Below are positions 18,234 through 29,838 of a stretch of DNA of 64,000 bases, in pieces. The stretch lies in contig OZ251459.1 in the NCBI GenBank assembly GCA_965242525.1, positions 2,208,001 through 2,272,000 of the forward strand, read 5' to 3'. Position 1 is the stretch's first letter, and every line of letters starts with the position of its first letter. Made by a program: the position numbers and the translations under genes. Below the pieces are notes generated by a model. The model searched no databases and was not told where the DNA came from. It was given only the letters and a program-made list of their open reading frames with translations. Source of the DNA: an uncultured Candidatus Binatia bacterium (lineage in GTDB: Bacteria; Desulfobacterota; Binatia; UBA9968; JAJDTQ01).

Positions 18234-19268
18234 CTACCCCGGAACCAGTACGACCTTGCCGAACTGCCTCCCGGCCTCGAGCTTCGTCTGGGCCGCCCGG
18301 GCCTCCGCCAGAGGGAAGCTCTCGTCGATGACCGGCTTGACCTTCGCCGCTTCCACGAACCGCAGCACCTGCTCGAACTCTTCCCGGCTGCCCAGGGTCG
18401 ATCCGAAGATGCTGAGGTGGTTCCAGAAGATCCGGCGGATGTCCGTGGGCGGGTTGGCCCCGGTGGTCGCGCCGCAGGTGACCAGACGGCCTCCCTTGGC
18501 GAGGGCCGCGAGGCTCTTGGCCCAGCTATCGCCGCCCACGCAGTCCACCACCACGTCCACGCCCCTCTTGCCGGTGACGTCCCGCATGGCCCGGACGAAG
18601 TCTTGGGTCCGGTAGTTCAGGCCGTGGTCGGCCCCCAGACGCCGGGCCCCTTCGACCTTCTCGTCGCTGCCGGAGGTGACCGCCACCCATGCGTTCATGG
18701 CCTTGGCGATCTGGAGCGCGGCCAGGGCCACGCCGCCGCCGATGCCCAGGATCAGCACCTTCTCACCGGGCGCGAGCCGGGCGTTGGTGACGAGCATGCG
18801 CCAGACCGTGACGAACACCAGCGGGAACGCCGCGGCCTCGTCGAACCCATAGCCCTCGGGCACGGGGAAGCAGTTGGCGCCCGGCACGGCCACGTACTCG
18901 GCATAGGTCCCGTCCATGCCCTCGCCCAGGACGCGAAGCCGCACGCACATGAAGTCCCGGTCGGTGCGGCAGAACTCGCAGTGTCCGCACCCTGCCGGAG
19001 GATAGAGGCAGACCGCGTCGCCCTTCTTGCAGTGGGCCACCTCGCTTCCCGCCTCCTCCACCACGCCCGCGCCGTCGGCGCCGAGGATGTGCGGGAACTC
19101 GACCTTCATGCCGGTGAGGCCCTTGCGGTTCCACAGGTCGATATGGTTCAGCGCCGCGGCCCGGAGGCGCACCACCACGTCCTTCGGCGAGGGCGGCGCC
19201 GGGTCCGGCGCGTCCTCGTAGCGGAGCGTATCGACTCCGCCGTACTCATGGATCCGGACTGCTTTCAA
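18234..19268 (-). CDS. Zinc-binding alcohol dehydrogenase / quinone oxidoreductase family (MDR)
   Basis: ALNHID, ILGADGAG, CGHCEFC...C, GIGGGV, GKVVL. Confidence 0.9.
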   Translation of the reverse strand: MKAVRIHEYGGVDTLRYEDAPDPAPPSPKDVVVRLRAAALNHIDLWNRKGLTGMKVEFPHILGADGAGVVEEAGSEVAHCKKGDAVCLYPPAGCGHCEFCRTDRDFMCVRLRVLGEGMDGTYAEYVAVPGANCFPVPEGYGFDEAAAFPLVFVTVWRMLVTNARLAPGEKVLILGIGGGVALAALQIAKAMNAWVAVTSGSDEKVEGARRLGADHGLNYRTQDFVRAMRDVTGKRGVDVVVDCVGGDSWAKSLAALAKGGRLVTCGATTGANPPTDIRRIFWNHLSIFGSTLGSREEFEQVLRFVEAAKVKPVIDESFPLAEARAAQTKLEAGRQFGKVVLVPG

Positions 19269-19388
19269 GGTAACGGCCTCGGAGAAGGTTCGGCCCGGTG
19301 GACGGGACGGCTCAAGTGCGTCGTTGGAGGAACCGCGGCCGGCCGCGGCTTGCCGCGAGGCCGCGGCCCGCCGCCCCGGGGCAGGCCC

Positions 19389-19730
19389 TCACGCCGAAAA
19401 GGAGGTGCCGCATCCGCAAGTGCCCGTGGCGTTGGGGTTGGTGAAGCGAAAGCTGGCGCCCTGGAGCTCGCTCACGTAGTCGATGACGGTGCCCCGGAGC
19501 TGCTGCAGGATGGCGGCCTCCACGTAAACCTCGAGGCCGTCCATCTCCAGCACCGTGTCTTCCGGCCCGGGGCCGTCGTCGAAATCCAGCTTGTAGGAGT
19601 AGCCGGAGCATCCCCCGGGGGTCACGGACACCCGCAGCCCGCGGTCGGCAAGGTTCTCTCGCTGGCGGATCTTCTTGACGTGGGTTACCGCAGCGTCGGT
19701 CAGGCGAAGGGCTTGTTCTCGATGGTCCAC
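19389..19730 (-). CDS. HesB/IscA/ErpA Fe-S cluster assembly carrier
   Basis: GGCSGYSY, NPNATGTCGCGTSF. Confidence 0.93.
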   Translation of the reverse strand: MDHREQALRLTDAAVTHVKKIRQRENLADRGLRVSVTPGGCSGYSYKLDFDDGPGPEDTVLEMDGLEVYVEAAILQQLRGTVIDYVSELQGASFRFTNPNATGTCGCGTSFSA

Positions 19731-19761
19731 ACACCGAGTCTAGTCAACGCTTCCCTGCAAG

Positions 19762-21234
19762 TCAAGATTCCCGCCGCCCTTCCCGCTGCCCCCCTTCTCC
19801 CTGCCCCCCTTCCCGCTGCCTGATTCCCGCGGCGATCTTCCGCGGCAGGCCGCCGAAGCCGCCGTTGGACATCACCAGCACCACGTCCCCGTCCACCGCG
19901 TCCCGGACCACGAGCTTGGCGATGTGGTCCGCTCCGGGGAGGTGGCAGGCGGCCCGGTCCCCCCGTTCCCGGTTGACCAGGTCCACGAGTTCCCCGGGCG
20001 AAAGACGCTCCTCCTCGGGGATCTTCTCCGGGAGGTGCAGGTCGGGCAGGACCACCCTGTCGGCTTGGGCCAGGGCCCGGGCGAACTCCGTGAGGAAGAC
20101 CCGCCGCCGGCTCGTCTGGCTGCGGGGCTCGAACACGGCCCACAGCCGCCGTCCGGGCCAGGCTTCCCTGACCGCGGCGATGGTGTCCCTGACCGCGGTG
20201 GGATGGTGGGCGAAGTCGTCGATGACCAGGACGCCGCCGGCCTCGCCGACCACCTCCTGCCGACGGCGCACCCCGCGGAAGGCCGCCATGCCCGCGCGTA
20301 TGGCCTCGGGACCCAGCCCCATGTCCCGGGCCGCGGCGTAAACCGCGAGCGCGTTGCCGGCGTTGTGGCGGCCGATCAACGGCGTCTCCACGGGGCCTTC
20401 GCAGCCGCCCTTGTAACAGGGGACGAAGACGGTCCGGCCGGCCCGGGTGCGGACGTCCCGGGCCTGCCAGTCCGCGGACTTGCCCAGGCCGTAGTACGAC
20501 ACCGGACAGCCCGCGTCCCGGACCACGTCCCTTGCGTGGACCGCCTCGTCGCACACCAGCAGGCGGCCGCCCGCGGGGACCTTCTCCACCAGGCGCCGGA
20601 ACGACTCCTTGACGTGCTCCAGGTCCCGGTAGATGTCGGCGTGGTCGAACTCCAGGCTCGTGAGGACCACCCTTTCGGGACGGTAGTGGAGGAACTTGGG
20701 ACCCTTGTCGAAGAAGGCGCTGTCGTACTCGTCTCCCTCCATGACCACCCAGGGGCCTGCGCCGGACCGGAACCCGCTGCCGAAGTTCACCGGGATTCCG
20801 CCGATGAAGAAGCTCGGGTCCTGCTCCGCGGCCACCAGCACCCACGCCAGCAACGAAGTGGTGGTGGTCTTGCCGTGGGTCCCGGCCACCACCACCGAGC
20901 GCTTGTCGGCCACCAGGAACCGGCCCAGGGCTTCGGGCAGCGACAGGTACGGGACGCCCCGGCGCAGCACCGCTTCGGCCTCGGGGTTCCCCCGGGACAC
21001 CGCGTTGCCGATGACCACCAGGTCCGGGCAGTGGTCCAGGTGGGTCTCGCGGAAACCCGGCCATACGTCGATGCCGACCCCCGCCAGGAAGTCGCTCATG
21101 GGCGGATAGACGCCCTCGTCCGATCCCGTGACCCGGTAACCCCGCTCCTTCAGCAGCGCCGCCAGCGAGCCGGTGCCCACGCCGCAGACGGCAACGAAAT
21201 GGACCCGCGCTCCGGGGGGAAGCTGCGAGTTCAC
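19762..21234 (-). CDS. mpl: Murein tripeptide ligase
   Basis: GSDEGVYPPMS, GNAVSRGNPE, GTHGKTTT, EGDEYDSAFFDK, DDFAHHPTA, MSNGGFGG. Confidence 0.93.
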   Translation of the reverse strand: MNSQLPPGARVHFVAVCGVGTGSLAALLKERGYRVTGSDEGVYPPMSDFLAGVGIDVWPGFRETHLDHCPDLVVIGNAVSRGNPEAEAVLRRGVPYLSLPEALGRFLVADKRSVVVAGTHGKTTTTSLLAWVLVAAEQDPSFFIGGIPVNFGSGFRSGAGPWVVMEGDEYDSAFFDKGPKFLHYRPERVVLTSLEFDHADIYRDLEHVKESFRRLVEKVPAGGRLLVCDEAVHARDVVRDAGCPVSYYGLGKSADWQARDVRTRAGRTVFVPCYKGGCEGPVETPLIGRHNAGNALAVYAAARDMGLGPEAIRAGMAAFRGVRRRQEVVGEAGGVLVIDDFAHHPTAVRDTIAAVREAWPGRRLWAVFEPRSQTSRRRVFLTEFARALAQADRVVLPDLHLPEKIPEEERLSPGELVDLVNRERGDRAACHLPGADHIAKLVVRDAVDGDVVLVMSNGGFGGLPRKIAAGIRQREGGQGEGGQREGRRES

Positions 21235-21244
21235 GCCGACGACC

Positions 21245-22378
21245 TCATGCCGACAACCCCTCCATGACGGCGTCGTGCACCAGCGGGCGGAACTCCCGGA
21301 TGGCCTCGTTGCGGCGCGAGGGGTGGACCCGGTTGGTCAGGAACACCACGTGCACGTCCCGCTCCAGATCCCACCACACGGAGACGCCGGTGAAACCCAG
21401 GTGGCCCACGGTCCTGGAAGAGAAGCAACGGCCCGCGGCGGAGCCTCCGGGGGACGGGGTGTCCCAGCCCAGCACGTGGGTCTGGCCCGGGGGGGTCCGG
21501 TCGGCCTCCAGGAACTCGCGCACCACCGCGGGGGGCAGGAAACCCGGCTCGGCGCCCCGGCGGCACCGCCCCAGGAAAGCGAGGAAGCGATGCACGTCCG
21601 GGGCCGACGAGAACAGGCCGGCGTGGCCCGCGACCCCGCCCATGGCGTAGGCGTTGTCGTCGTGGACCTCGCCGCAGAGGACCTTCCCGCGCCAACCGCA
21701 TTCCTCGGTGGCGGCTATCGGGTGTCCGGGATTCGTCACCGGGTGCCCCGGACTCGTCCCCGACCCCCCGGAAGGCCGCTCCAGATCCACGAAGAAAGTC
21801 GCCGACAGCTTCATGGGCGCGAATATGGCACGGTCGCAGAACCGGTCCAGCCGCGCGCCCGCGAGCCGCTCGACCGCCTCCCCCAGGAGGATGAAGCCCA
21901 GGTCGCTGTACAGGGCCTGCCGGCCCGGTTGGGCCACCAGATCTTCGTCGTGGACCCGGCGGTAGCAGCGGCGCCGGGGCGACTCGCCCTCGACGCCCCG
22001 GGCGCTCCCGGCCTCCGCGTAGTAGGGTTTCCAGGCCGGAAGGCCCGACGAGTGGTTCAGCAGATGGCGGAACGTGACCGCGGCCTTGGGGCCGCGTCCG
22101 AACTCCGGCGCCGCGGCGCCCACCGGATCGTCCAGCCGGATGCGTCCGTCCCGCACCAGCAGCATCACCGCGGCGGCGGTAGCCAGGGGCTTGGTGAGGG
22201 AGCTCAGGTCGAACACCGTGTCGGGGGTCATGGGGAGCCGCTCGGGGACCAGCGACCGATGGCCGTAGGCCCGGTGGCAGAGGACCCGCTCGCCCTGCCC
22301 CACCAGCACCACCGCGCCCGGGAAAGCGCCTTCGGCCACGCCGCGGCGGCACGCCTCGTCCAGGGCGTCGGTCCGCAT
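21245..22378 (-). CDS. Serine hydrolase (beta-lactamase/AmpC-like family)
   Basis: FDLSSLTK (SxxK), LLNHSSG, YSDLGF, GEVHDDNA, GHLGFTG. Confidence 0.9.
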   Translation of the reverse strand: MRTDALDEACRRGVAEGAFPGAVVLVGQGERVLCHRAYGHRSLVPERLPMTPDTVFDLSSLTKPLATAAAVMLLVRDGRIRLDDPVGAAAPEFGRGPKAAVTFRHLLNHSSGLPAWKPYYAEAGSARGVEGESPRRRCYRRVHDEDLVAQPGRQALYSDLGFILLGEAVERLAGARLDRFCDRAIFAPMKLSATFFVDLERPSGGSGTSPGHPVTNPGHPIAATEECGWRGKVLCGEVHDDNAYAMGGVAGHAGLFSSAPDVHRFLAFLGRCRRGAEPGFLPPAVVREFLEADRTPPGQTHVLGWDTPSPGGSAAGRCFSSRTVGHLGFTGVSVWWDLERDVHVVFLTNRVHPSRRNEAIREFRPLVHDAVMEGLSA

Positions 22379-23301
22379 CACGCGGCCCCGGTGGCCGGTT
22401 CCACCAGCTTCAGCACCGCGTTGCGGCCGTCCAGTTCGGCGTGGAGGCCGATGGGGAGCAGGGTGTTGGCGGTGCCGTGGCCGCAGGGGAGGCCCGTCAC
22501 CACCGGGTACGGGGCGTCCCGGAACGCGTCCGCGAGGACCTCCCCTATGTCCCTTTCCGCGCCGGACTCGCACCGGTTGAAGGCCCCCGTGACCACCCCG
22601 GCCACGCGGTCCAGCTTGCCCGCCATGCGCAGGTGCGTGAGCATCCGTTCGATCCGGTAGGGCGGCTCGCCCACGTCCTCCAGGAACACGATCCTGCCCG
22701 CGGTCTCGACCTCGTAAGGGGTTCCGAGGGTGGTCACCAGCACAGAGAGGCATCCCCCGGCCACCGGCCCCCGGGCGGGTCCGCCGCCCTCCCGAAGGAC
22801 CCCGCTGCCCCGGATCCGCCAACGCCGCCGCCTTCCGGTCAGCGCGTCCCAGAACCCTCCGCCGACCCCGCCGCCGAGCTCCCCGGCGAACTCCACCGCC
22901 ACCATGGGACCGTGGAAGGCCACCACCCCGCAACTCTGGGACAGCCAGTTGAGCAGCGCGGTGACGTCGCTGAAGCCCACGAAGATCTTGGGATGGGCGC
23001 GGATGCGTCCGGGGTCCAGGCCGGGCAGGAGTTGTATCGAGCCGAAACCGCCCCGGGCGCAGAAGACCGCCCGGATGTCGTCCCGGACGAAGAAACGCTC
23101 CAGGGTCCGCGCGCGCTGCTGCTCGGCGCCCGCCAGGTAACCCTTGCGGTCGAGTATGCCTTCCGCCAACTCGACGCCGAACCCCCGCGCCCGGAGGGCG
23201 CGCACTCCCCGCTGCAGGCGGTCCTCGTACACGCTCCCACCGGGGGCGACCACCCCGATGGTGTCTCCGGGCCTCAGCGGCGGCGGTGCGAGGGCGTGCA
23301 T
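22378..23301 (-). CDS. ldcA: LD-carboxypeptidase (S66)
   Basis: ARGGFG, GFSDVT, HGPM, FLEDVGE, CGHG. Confidence 0.9.
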   Translation of the reverse strand: MHALAPPPLRPGDTIGVVAPGGSVYEDRLQRGVRALRARGFGVELAEGILDRKGYLAGAEQQRARTLERFFVRDDIRAVFCARGGFGSIQLLPGLDPGRIRAHPKIFVGFSDVTALLNWLSQSCGVVAFHGPMVAVEFAGELGGGVGGGFWDALTGRRRRWRIRGSGVLREGGGPARGPVAGGCLSVLVTTLGTPYEVETAGRIVFLEDVGEPPYRIERMLTHLRMAGKLDRVAGVVTGAFNRCESGAERDIGEVLADAFRDAPYPVVTGLPCGHGTANTLLPIGLHAELDGRNAVLKLVEPATGAA

Positions 23302-23365
23302 CCACGCCGATTCTGGCAGGATTTCCGCCCCACGGCAAACTTTCCACAAAAGTTTCCGAGGCCCC

Positions 23366-23393
23366 TTGACAACGCCGAGACCGTGCTTAGATT
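23366..23393 (+). promoter_or_regulatory. Putative sigma70 promoter of groESL
   Basis: TTGACA-16 nt-TAGATT. Confidence 0.55.
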
Positions 23394-23471
23394 GTGCGCC
23401 ACACCTCGACGTGCAGGCTATCCGTCCGTTCGGAACGACGTCACGACGATATTGGAAAAGGAGGAGACAAC

Positions 23472-23762
23472 ATGAACATCAGGCCCTTGCAGGACCGGGT
23501 CATCGTCAAACGGATCGAGGAAGAGGAGAAGACCGCGGGCGGGATCATCATTCCCGACACCGCCAAGGAGAAGCCCCAGGAGGGCAAGGTCGTTGCCGTG
23601 GGCAAAGGCAAGGCCAACGACGACGGCAAGGTCACCCCGCTGGACGTGAAGGTCAACGACCGGGTGCTCTTCGGCAAGTACGCCGGCTCCGAGATCAACC
23701 TGGACGGCGAAGAGCACATCATCATGCGAGAGGACGACATCCTCGGCATCGTCGAGAAATAA
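23472..23762 (+). CDS. groES: Co-chaperonin GroES
   Basis: [26 protein letters not shown]; AGGAGG SD. Confidence 0.98.
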   Translation: MNIRPLQDRVIVKRIEEEEKTAGGIIIPDTAKEKPQEGKVVAVGKGKANDDGKVTPLDVKVNDRVLFGKYAGSEINLDGEEHIIMREDDILGIVEK

Positions 23763-25448
<1,686 letters not shown>

Positions 25449-25469
25449 GCGGCCGCGCAGGCGTCCCAG

Positions 25470-25512
25470 GGGCCAGGAGCGTCTCCCGCAGGAGATGCTC
25501 CTGGCCCTTTTT
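25470..25512 (+). terminator. Rho-independent terminator after groEL
   Basis: gggccaggagcgtctcc-cgca-ggagatgctcctggccc-ttttt. Confidence 0.85.
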
Positions 25513-25564
25513 GCTTTATCCGCTGGAGCGGACTATATTAGTATCCCTCATCGGCTTCCGCCCC

Positions 25565-26911
25565 ATGTTCGAGAACCTTACCGACAAGCTGGAACTGACC
25601 TTCAAGCGGCTTCGCGGGCACGGCAGGATCACCGAGTCCAACGTGGCCGACGCGCTGGGCGAGCTCCGGCTGGCGCTGCTGGAGGCGGACGTCAACTTCC
25701 GGGTGGTCAAGGACTTCGTGGAGGCGGTCCGGAGCAAGTCCCTGGGACGCGAGGTGCTCCGGAGCCTGACCCCGGAGCAGCAACTCATCAAGATCGTCAA
25801 GGAAGAGCTGGCGGCCATGCTCGGGGGCGAAGCCGCGGGGCTGGACCTCAAGGGCCGGCAGCCCGTGGTGCTCATGCTGGCGGGACTCCAGGGGTCGGGG
25901 AAGACCACCACCGCGGTCAAGCTCGCCCTGCACCTGAAGAAGCGGCAGAAGCGGACGCCCTACCTGGTGTCCGTGGACGTCTATCGGCCCGCGGCGAAGG
26001 AGCAGCTTCGCACCCTGTGCGAAGAGCACGGCCTTCCGGCGTTCGACTCCGGCGACCGCGCCGACCCGGTGGAGATCTGCCGGGACGCCTTGCACAAGGC
26101 GGACCAGCGCCTGTGCGACCTGCTGATCGTGGACACCGCGGGGCGCATGCACCTGGACGCGGACCTGATGCAGGAGCTCGCGGCCATCCGTTCGGCCCTG
26201 GAGCCGCGCAACATCGTCCTGACCCTGGACGCCATGATCGGGCAGGACGCGGTCAACCAGGCCCGGGGCTTCGACGAGGTCCTGGACCTGACCGGGGTGG
26301 TCCTGACGAAGATGGACGGCGACGCCCGGGGCGGGGCCGCGTTGTCGGTGCGGGCGGTGGTGGGCAAACCGGTGCTGTACGTCGGGGTCGGGGAGAAGGG
26401 CGACGCCATCGAACCCTTCTTCCCGGACCGCATGGCGTCGCGCATCCTCGGCATGGGCGACGTCCTGTCGCTGATCGAGAAGGCCGAGCAGGCATGGGAC
26501 AAGAAGGCCGCGCCCAAGCTGGAACAGCGGATGCGCAAGGGGGAGTTCTCCCTGGAAGACTTCCAGGCGCAGATGCAGACCGTCAAGAAGATGGGGTCCA
26601 TCGGCGGCCTGCTGGACATGGTGCCCGGCGGGCGGAAGCTGGGCCAGCAGGTGGACATGGCCCGGGCGGCAGCGGAGATCAGGCGCATTGAGGCCATCAT
26701 CAACTCCATGACGCTGCACGAGCGGCGGAACCCGACGGTGCTGAACGGGAGCCGGCGGCTGCGCATCGCCAACGGCAGCGGCACCACGGTCACCGACGTC
26801 AACCGTCTGATGAAGCAGTTCCTGGAGATGAAGAAGATGATGTCGCGGATGAAGAAGTCGGACCGCAAGCGGCGGGGCGTGCGCAACCGTTTGCCAATAC
26901 CGTTCCAATGA
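25565..26911 (+). CDS. ffh: Signal recognition particle protein
   Basis: [34 protein letters not shown] domain. Confidence 0.97.
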   Translation: MFENLTDKLELTFKRLRGHGRITESNVADALGELRLALLEADVNFRVVKDFVEAVRSKSLGREVLRSLTPEQQLIKIVKEELAAMLGGEAAGLDLKGRQPVVLMLAGLQGSGKTTTAVKLALHLKKRQKRTPYLVSVDVYRPAAKEQLRTLCEEHGLPAFDSGDRADPVEICRDALHKADQRLCDLLIVDTAGRMHLDADLMQELAAIRSALEPRNIVLTLDAMIGQDAVNQARGFDEVLDLTGVVLTKMDGDARGGAALSVRAVVGKPVLYVGVGEKGDAIEPFFPDRMASRILGMGDVLSLIEKAEQAWDKKAAPKLEQRMRKGEFSLEDFQAQMQTVKKMGSIGGLLDMVPGGRKLGQQVDMARAAAEIRRIEAIINSMTLHERRNPTVLNGSRRLRIANGSGTTVTDVNRLMKQFLEMKKMMSRMKKSDRKRRGVRNRLPIPFQ

Positions 26912-26942
26912 ACTAGGAACCCGGAAGAAAGAAGACCCTCCT

Positions 26943-27218
26943 ATGAGCGTGAAGATCAGACTGAGTCGGCACGGGGCCAAGAAGCGGCCCTACTATCGCA
27001 TCGTGGTCGCGGACGCGCGCGACCCCCGGGACGGAAGGTTCATCGAGCAGGTGGGCACCTACGACCCCCGGAGCCCTTCCGCGGCCTTGCGGATGGACCG
27101 GGCCAAGGTGGACGCATGGCTCAAGCAGGGGGCGCAACCGACCCAGACCGTGCGAAGCCTCATGAAGAGGGCGGCGAAGGAAGCGGGCGCGTCCGCGCCG
27201 GAGGGCTCGGAGGGCTGA
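26943..27218 (+). CDS. rpsP: 30S ribosomal protein S16
   Basis: [22 protein letters not shown]. Confidence 0.97.
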   Translation: MSVKIRLSRHGAKKRPYYRIVVADARDPRDGRFIEQVGTYDPRSPSAALRMDRAKVDAWLKQGAQPTQTVRSLMKRAAKEAGASAPEGSEG

Positions 27219-27285
27219 CGGGCCTGTAGCATCCCCGCCCGGCGCACGCCGCGTCCGGCGACCCTGGCCACAGGAGACAGGCTTC

Positions 27286-27525
27286 TTGAAAGAGTTGCTG
27301 CAGTACCTTGCGGAGTCCATCGTCAGCCAACCCGACGCCGTGGAGGTCAGGGAAACGCAGGACGACGACGCCTCCATCGTGATGGAGCTCAAGGTCGCCA
27401 GGGAAGACCTCGGCCGCGTCATCGGCAAGCAGGGACGCACCGCCAAGTCCCTGCGGACCATATTGAACGCCGCGGGGGCCAGGACCAACCGGAAGGTCCT
27501 CCTGGAGATCATCGACGAGCAATAG
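27286..27525 (+). CDS. khpA: KH-domain RNA-binding protein
   Basis: DLGRVIGKQGRTAKSLR; rpsP-rimM context. Confidence 0.92.
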   Translation: MKELLQYLAESIVSQPDAVEVRETQDDDASIVMELKVAREDLGRVIGKQGRTAKSLRTILNAAGARTNRKVLLEIIDEQ

Positions 27526-27538
27526 CCGCCTTCCCCCC

Positions 27539-28051
27539 TTGTCCAACCATCGGATCGACCTGGGTTACGTGGCGGCCGCGCACGGCGTGGCCGGCTGGCT
27601 CAGGCTCAGGCTGTTCAACCCGCAAGGCCGCACCCTCCATTCCACCGGGGAGGTGGAGTTGGCCTCCGGCGATGTCCGGCTTACGCTTCCGCTGGAGCGC
27701 GTCAGGCCTCACCGGGGTTTCGCCCTCGTGAAGCTGGGCGGCGTCAACCGCATGGAAGAGGCCCAGCGCCTGGTGGGCTTTCGGTTGTCGGTGCCGCGGG
27801 ACACCCTCGCGCCCCCGGGTCCGTCCGAGTACTACTACCAGGAAGTGGTGGGCTTCGATGTGCGGGACGCCAACGGGGAGAGCATCGGCACGGTCACCGG
27901 CGTATGGCCCAGGCAGGACGGCGACCTGCTGGTGGTGGCCGGGTCCGGCAAGGAGCACCTGATCCCCGCGGTCAAGGAGTTCGTCCGGCAGGTGGACATG
28001 GTGGGCGGGACGGTCACCATCGATGCCCCGGACGGGCTGCTGGAGTTGTAG
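27539..28051 (+). CDS. rimM: 16S rRNA processing protein RimM
   Basis: GYVAAAHGVAGW, EYYYQEVVG, LIPAV..PDGLL. Confidence 0.9.
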   Translation: MSNHRIDLGYVAAAHGVAGWLRLRLFNPQGRTLHSTGEVELASGDVRLTLPLERVRPHRGFALVKLGGVNRMEEAQRLVGFRLSVPRDTLAPPGPSEYYYQEVVGFDVRDANGESIGTVTGVWPRQDGDLLVVAGSGKEHLIPAVKEFVRQVDMVGGTVTIDAPDGLLEL

Positions 28052-28098
28052 GAACCTCTGGGCCATTCCGGCTCGAACCCCCTCTCCCTGTGGAAAGG

Positions 28099-28138
28099 GC
28101 GTCCTTCGACTTCGCTTCGCTACGCTCAGGACGAACGG
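28099..28138 (+). repeat. REP-like element family A, copy 3 (between rimM and trmD)
   Basis: gcgtccttcgacttcgcttcgctacgctcaggacgaacgg. Confidence 0.9.
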
Positions 28139-28155
28139 AGGGGAGGGTGGCTGCC

Positions 28156-29424
28156 ATGCGTTTTTCGGTGATCACGCTCTTCCCGGAGATCTTCGAGTCT
28201 CCGCTGGCTCACAGCATCCTCAAGAGGGCCCGGGAGAGGAACCTCGTCTCCGTGGACTTGGTGGACCTGCGTGGGTATGCCCGGGACCGGCACCGCACCA
28301 CCGACGACTACCCCTACGGCGGCGGCCAGGGCATGGTGCTCAAGCCCGAGCCGCTCATCGAGGCCATCAAAGACAGCCGACGCAGGCTGGAAGACCCCCG
28401 CGTCATACTGCTTTCGCCCCGCGGGAAGGTCTTCGACCAGGAAGCCGCCCTGGCGGTCTCGCGCCACCGGGACGTGGTGCTGGTCTGCGGCCGCTACGAA
28501 GGGGTGGACGAAAGGGTGGTGGGGTACGCCGACGAACTCCTGTCCATCGGGGACTACACGTTGAGCGGCGGCGAGATCCCCGCCCTCGCGGTCATCGACA
28601 GCGTGGCCCGCCTGGTGCCGGGCGTGCTCGGGAACGACCGCTCGGCCCGCGAGGACTCTTTCGCCGACGGCCTGCTGGAATATCCGCAATACACCCGGCC
28701 CGCGGAATACCGGGGCATGAAGGTCCCGGAGGTCCTGCTCTCTGGCGACCACGAGGCGGTCCGGCGCTGGCGCCGCAGCATGAGCGTCGAGACGACCGCG
28801 CGGCTGCGGCCGGACCTGCTGGCGAAGGCCGCGGCGCCCGCGGGCAAGGTCTATGTGGCGCTGCTGCACCATCCCGTGTCCGACCGGCGCGGCCAGACCG
28901 TCACCTCGTCCATCACCAACCTCGACATCCACGACATCGCCCGCACCTGCCGCACCTACGGGGTGGCCGGTTTCTACGTGGTCAACCCGGTGAAGACGCT
29001 CCAGAAGCTGGCCGCCAGGATCATCGACCACTGGGAGCGCGGGTACGGCGCCTCCTACAACAGCAGCCGGCGGGAGGCCCTTTCCCTCGCAAGGCTCTCG
29101 GACCACCTGGACGCCGCGGTGGCGAGCGTGCGGCGGGAATGCGGCGCCGCCCCCCGGCTGGTGGCGACTTCCGCGCGTTCCCGTCCCGCGACGGATACGA
29201 TAACTTTTGAAAAGATGCGGGAAATGCTAATAAGGGAGCCTGTCCCGTACATGATCCTGCTGGGCACCGGTTGGGGGTTGGCCGACTCGGTCTTCGACCG
29301 TTCGGACTTCGTGCTGGAACCCGTCGCAGGCAGGGACGACTACAACCACCTCTCCGTACGAGCTGCGTCCGCCGTCATGCTGGACCGGATACTGGGACGG
29401 GTGATGGAAGGGAGCGTCGAATGA
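28156..29424 (+). CDS. trmD: tRNA m1G37 methyltransferase fused to a second SPOUT methyltransferase (Methyltrn_RNA_4-like)
   Basis: [32 protein letters not shown], then [31 protein letters not shown]. Confidence 0.93.
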   Translation: MRFSVITLFPEIFESPLAHSILKRARERNLVSVDLVDLRGYARDRHRTTDDYPYGGGQGMVLKPEPLIEAIKDSRRRLEDPRVILLSPRGKVFDQEAALAVSRHRDVVLVCGRYEGVDERVVGYADELLSIGDYTLSGGEIPALAVIDSVARLVPGVLGNDRSAREDSFADGLLEYPQYTRPAEYRGMKVPEVLLSGDHEAVRRWRRSMSVETTARLRPDLLAKAAAPAGKVYVALLHHPVSDRRGQTVTSSITNLDIHDIARTCRTYGVAGFYVVNPVKTLQKLAARIIDHWERGYGASYNSSRREALSLARLSDHLDAAVASVRRECGAAPRLVATSARSRPATDTITFEKMREMLIREPVPYMILLGTGWGLADSVFDRSDFVLEPVAGRDDYNHLSVRAASAVMLDRILGRVMEGSVE

Positions 29425-29777
29425 ACGTCATCGACCGAATCGAGCAGGAGCAGACGCGGGAGGCGCAGAGCATCAAGCCGGGGCAGCGGGTGCGCGTCCA
29501 CGTCCGCATCTTGGAGGGCGAGAAGGAGCGGGTCCAGGTCTTCGAAGGCGTGGTCATCGCCATCTCCGGCAGCGGCGTGCGCGAAACCTTCGTGGTCCGC
29601 AAGACCTCTTACGGCGTGGGGGTGGAACGCATCTTTCCGCGCCACTCGCCGCGCATCGAGAAGGTCGAGGTGGTCACCCAGGGACGGGTGCGCAGGGCCA
29701 AGTTGTACTACCTGAGGAAACTCTCGGGAAAGCGCGCCCGGCTGGAGGAAGACCGCAGGCCGCGGGCATCCCGTTGA
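29421..29777 (+). CDS. rplS: 50S ribosomal protein L19
   Basis: [31 protein letters not shown]. Confidence 0.97.
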   Translation: MNVIDRIEQEQTREAQSIKPGQRVRVHVRILEGEKERVQVFEGVVIAISGSGVRETFVVRKTSYGVGVERIFPRHSPRIEKVEVVTQGRVRRAKLYYLRKLSGKRARLEEDRRPRASR

Positions 29778-29838
29778 TCCCCGGCCGCCGGACTTGCGGA
29801 CGCCGCCGGCTCGGCCCGGACCCGGAACGTGTGACCAC

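Noticed and set aside
23340-23471. CIRCE operator upstream of groES
   Set aside because: No TTAGCACTC-N9-GAGTGCTAA match is visible
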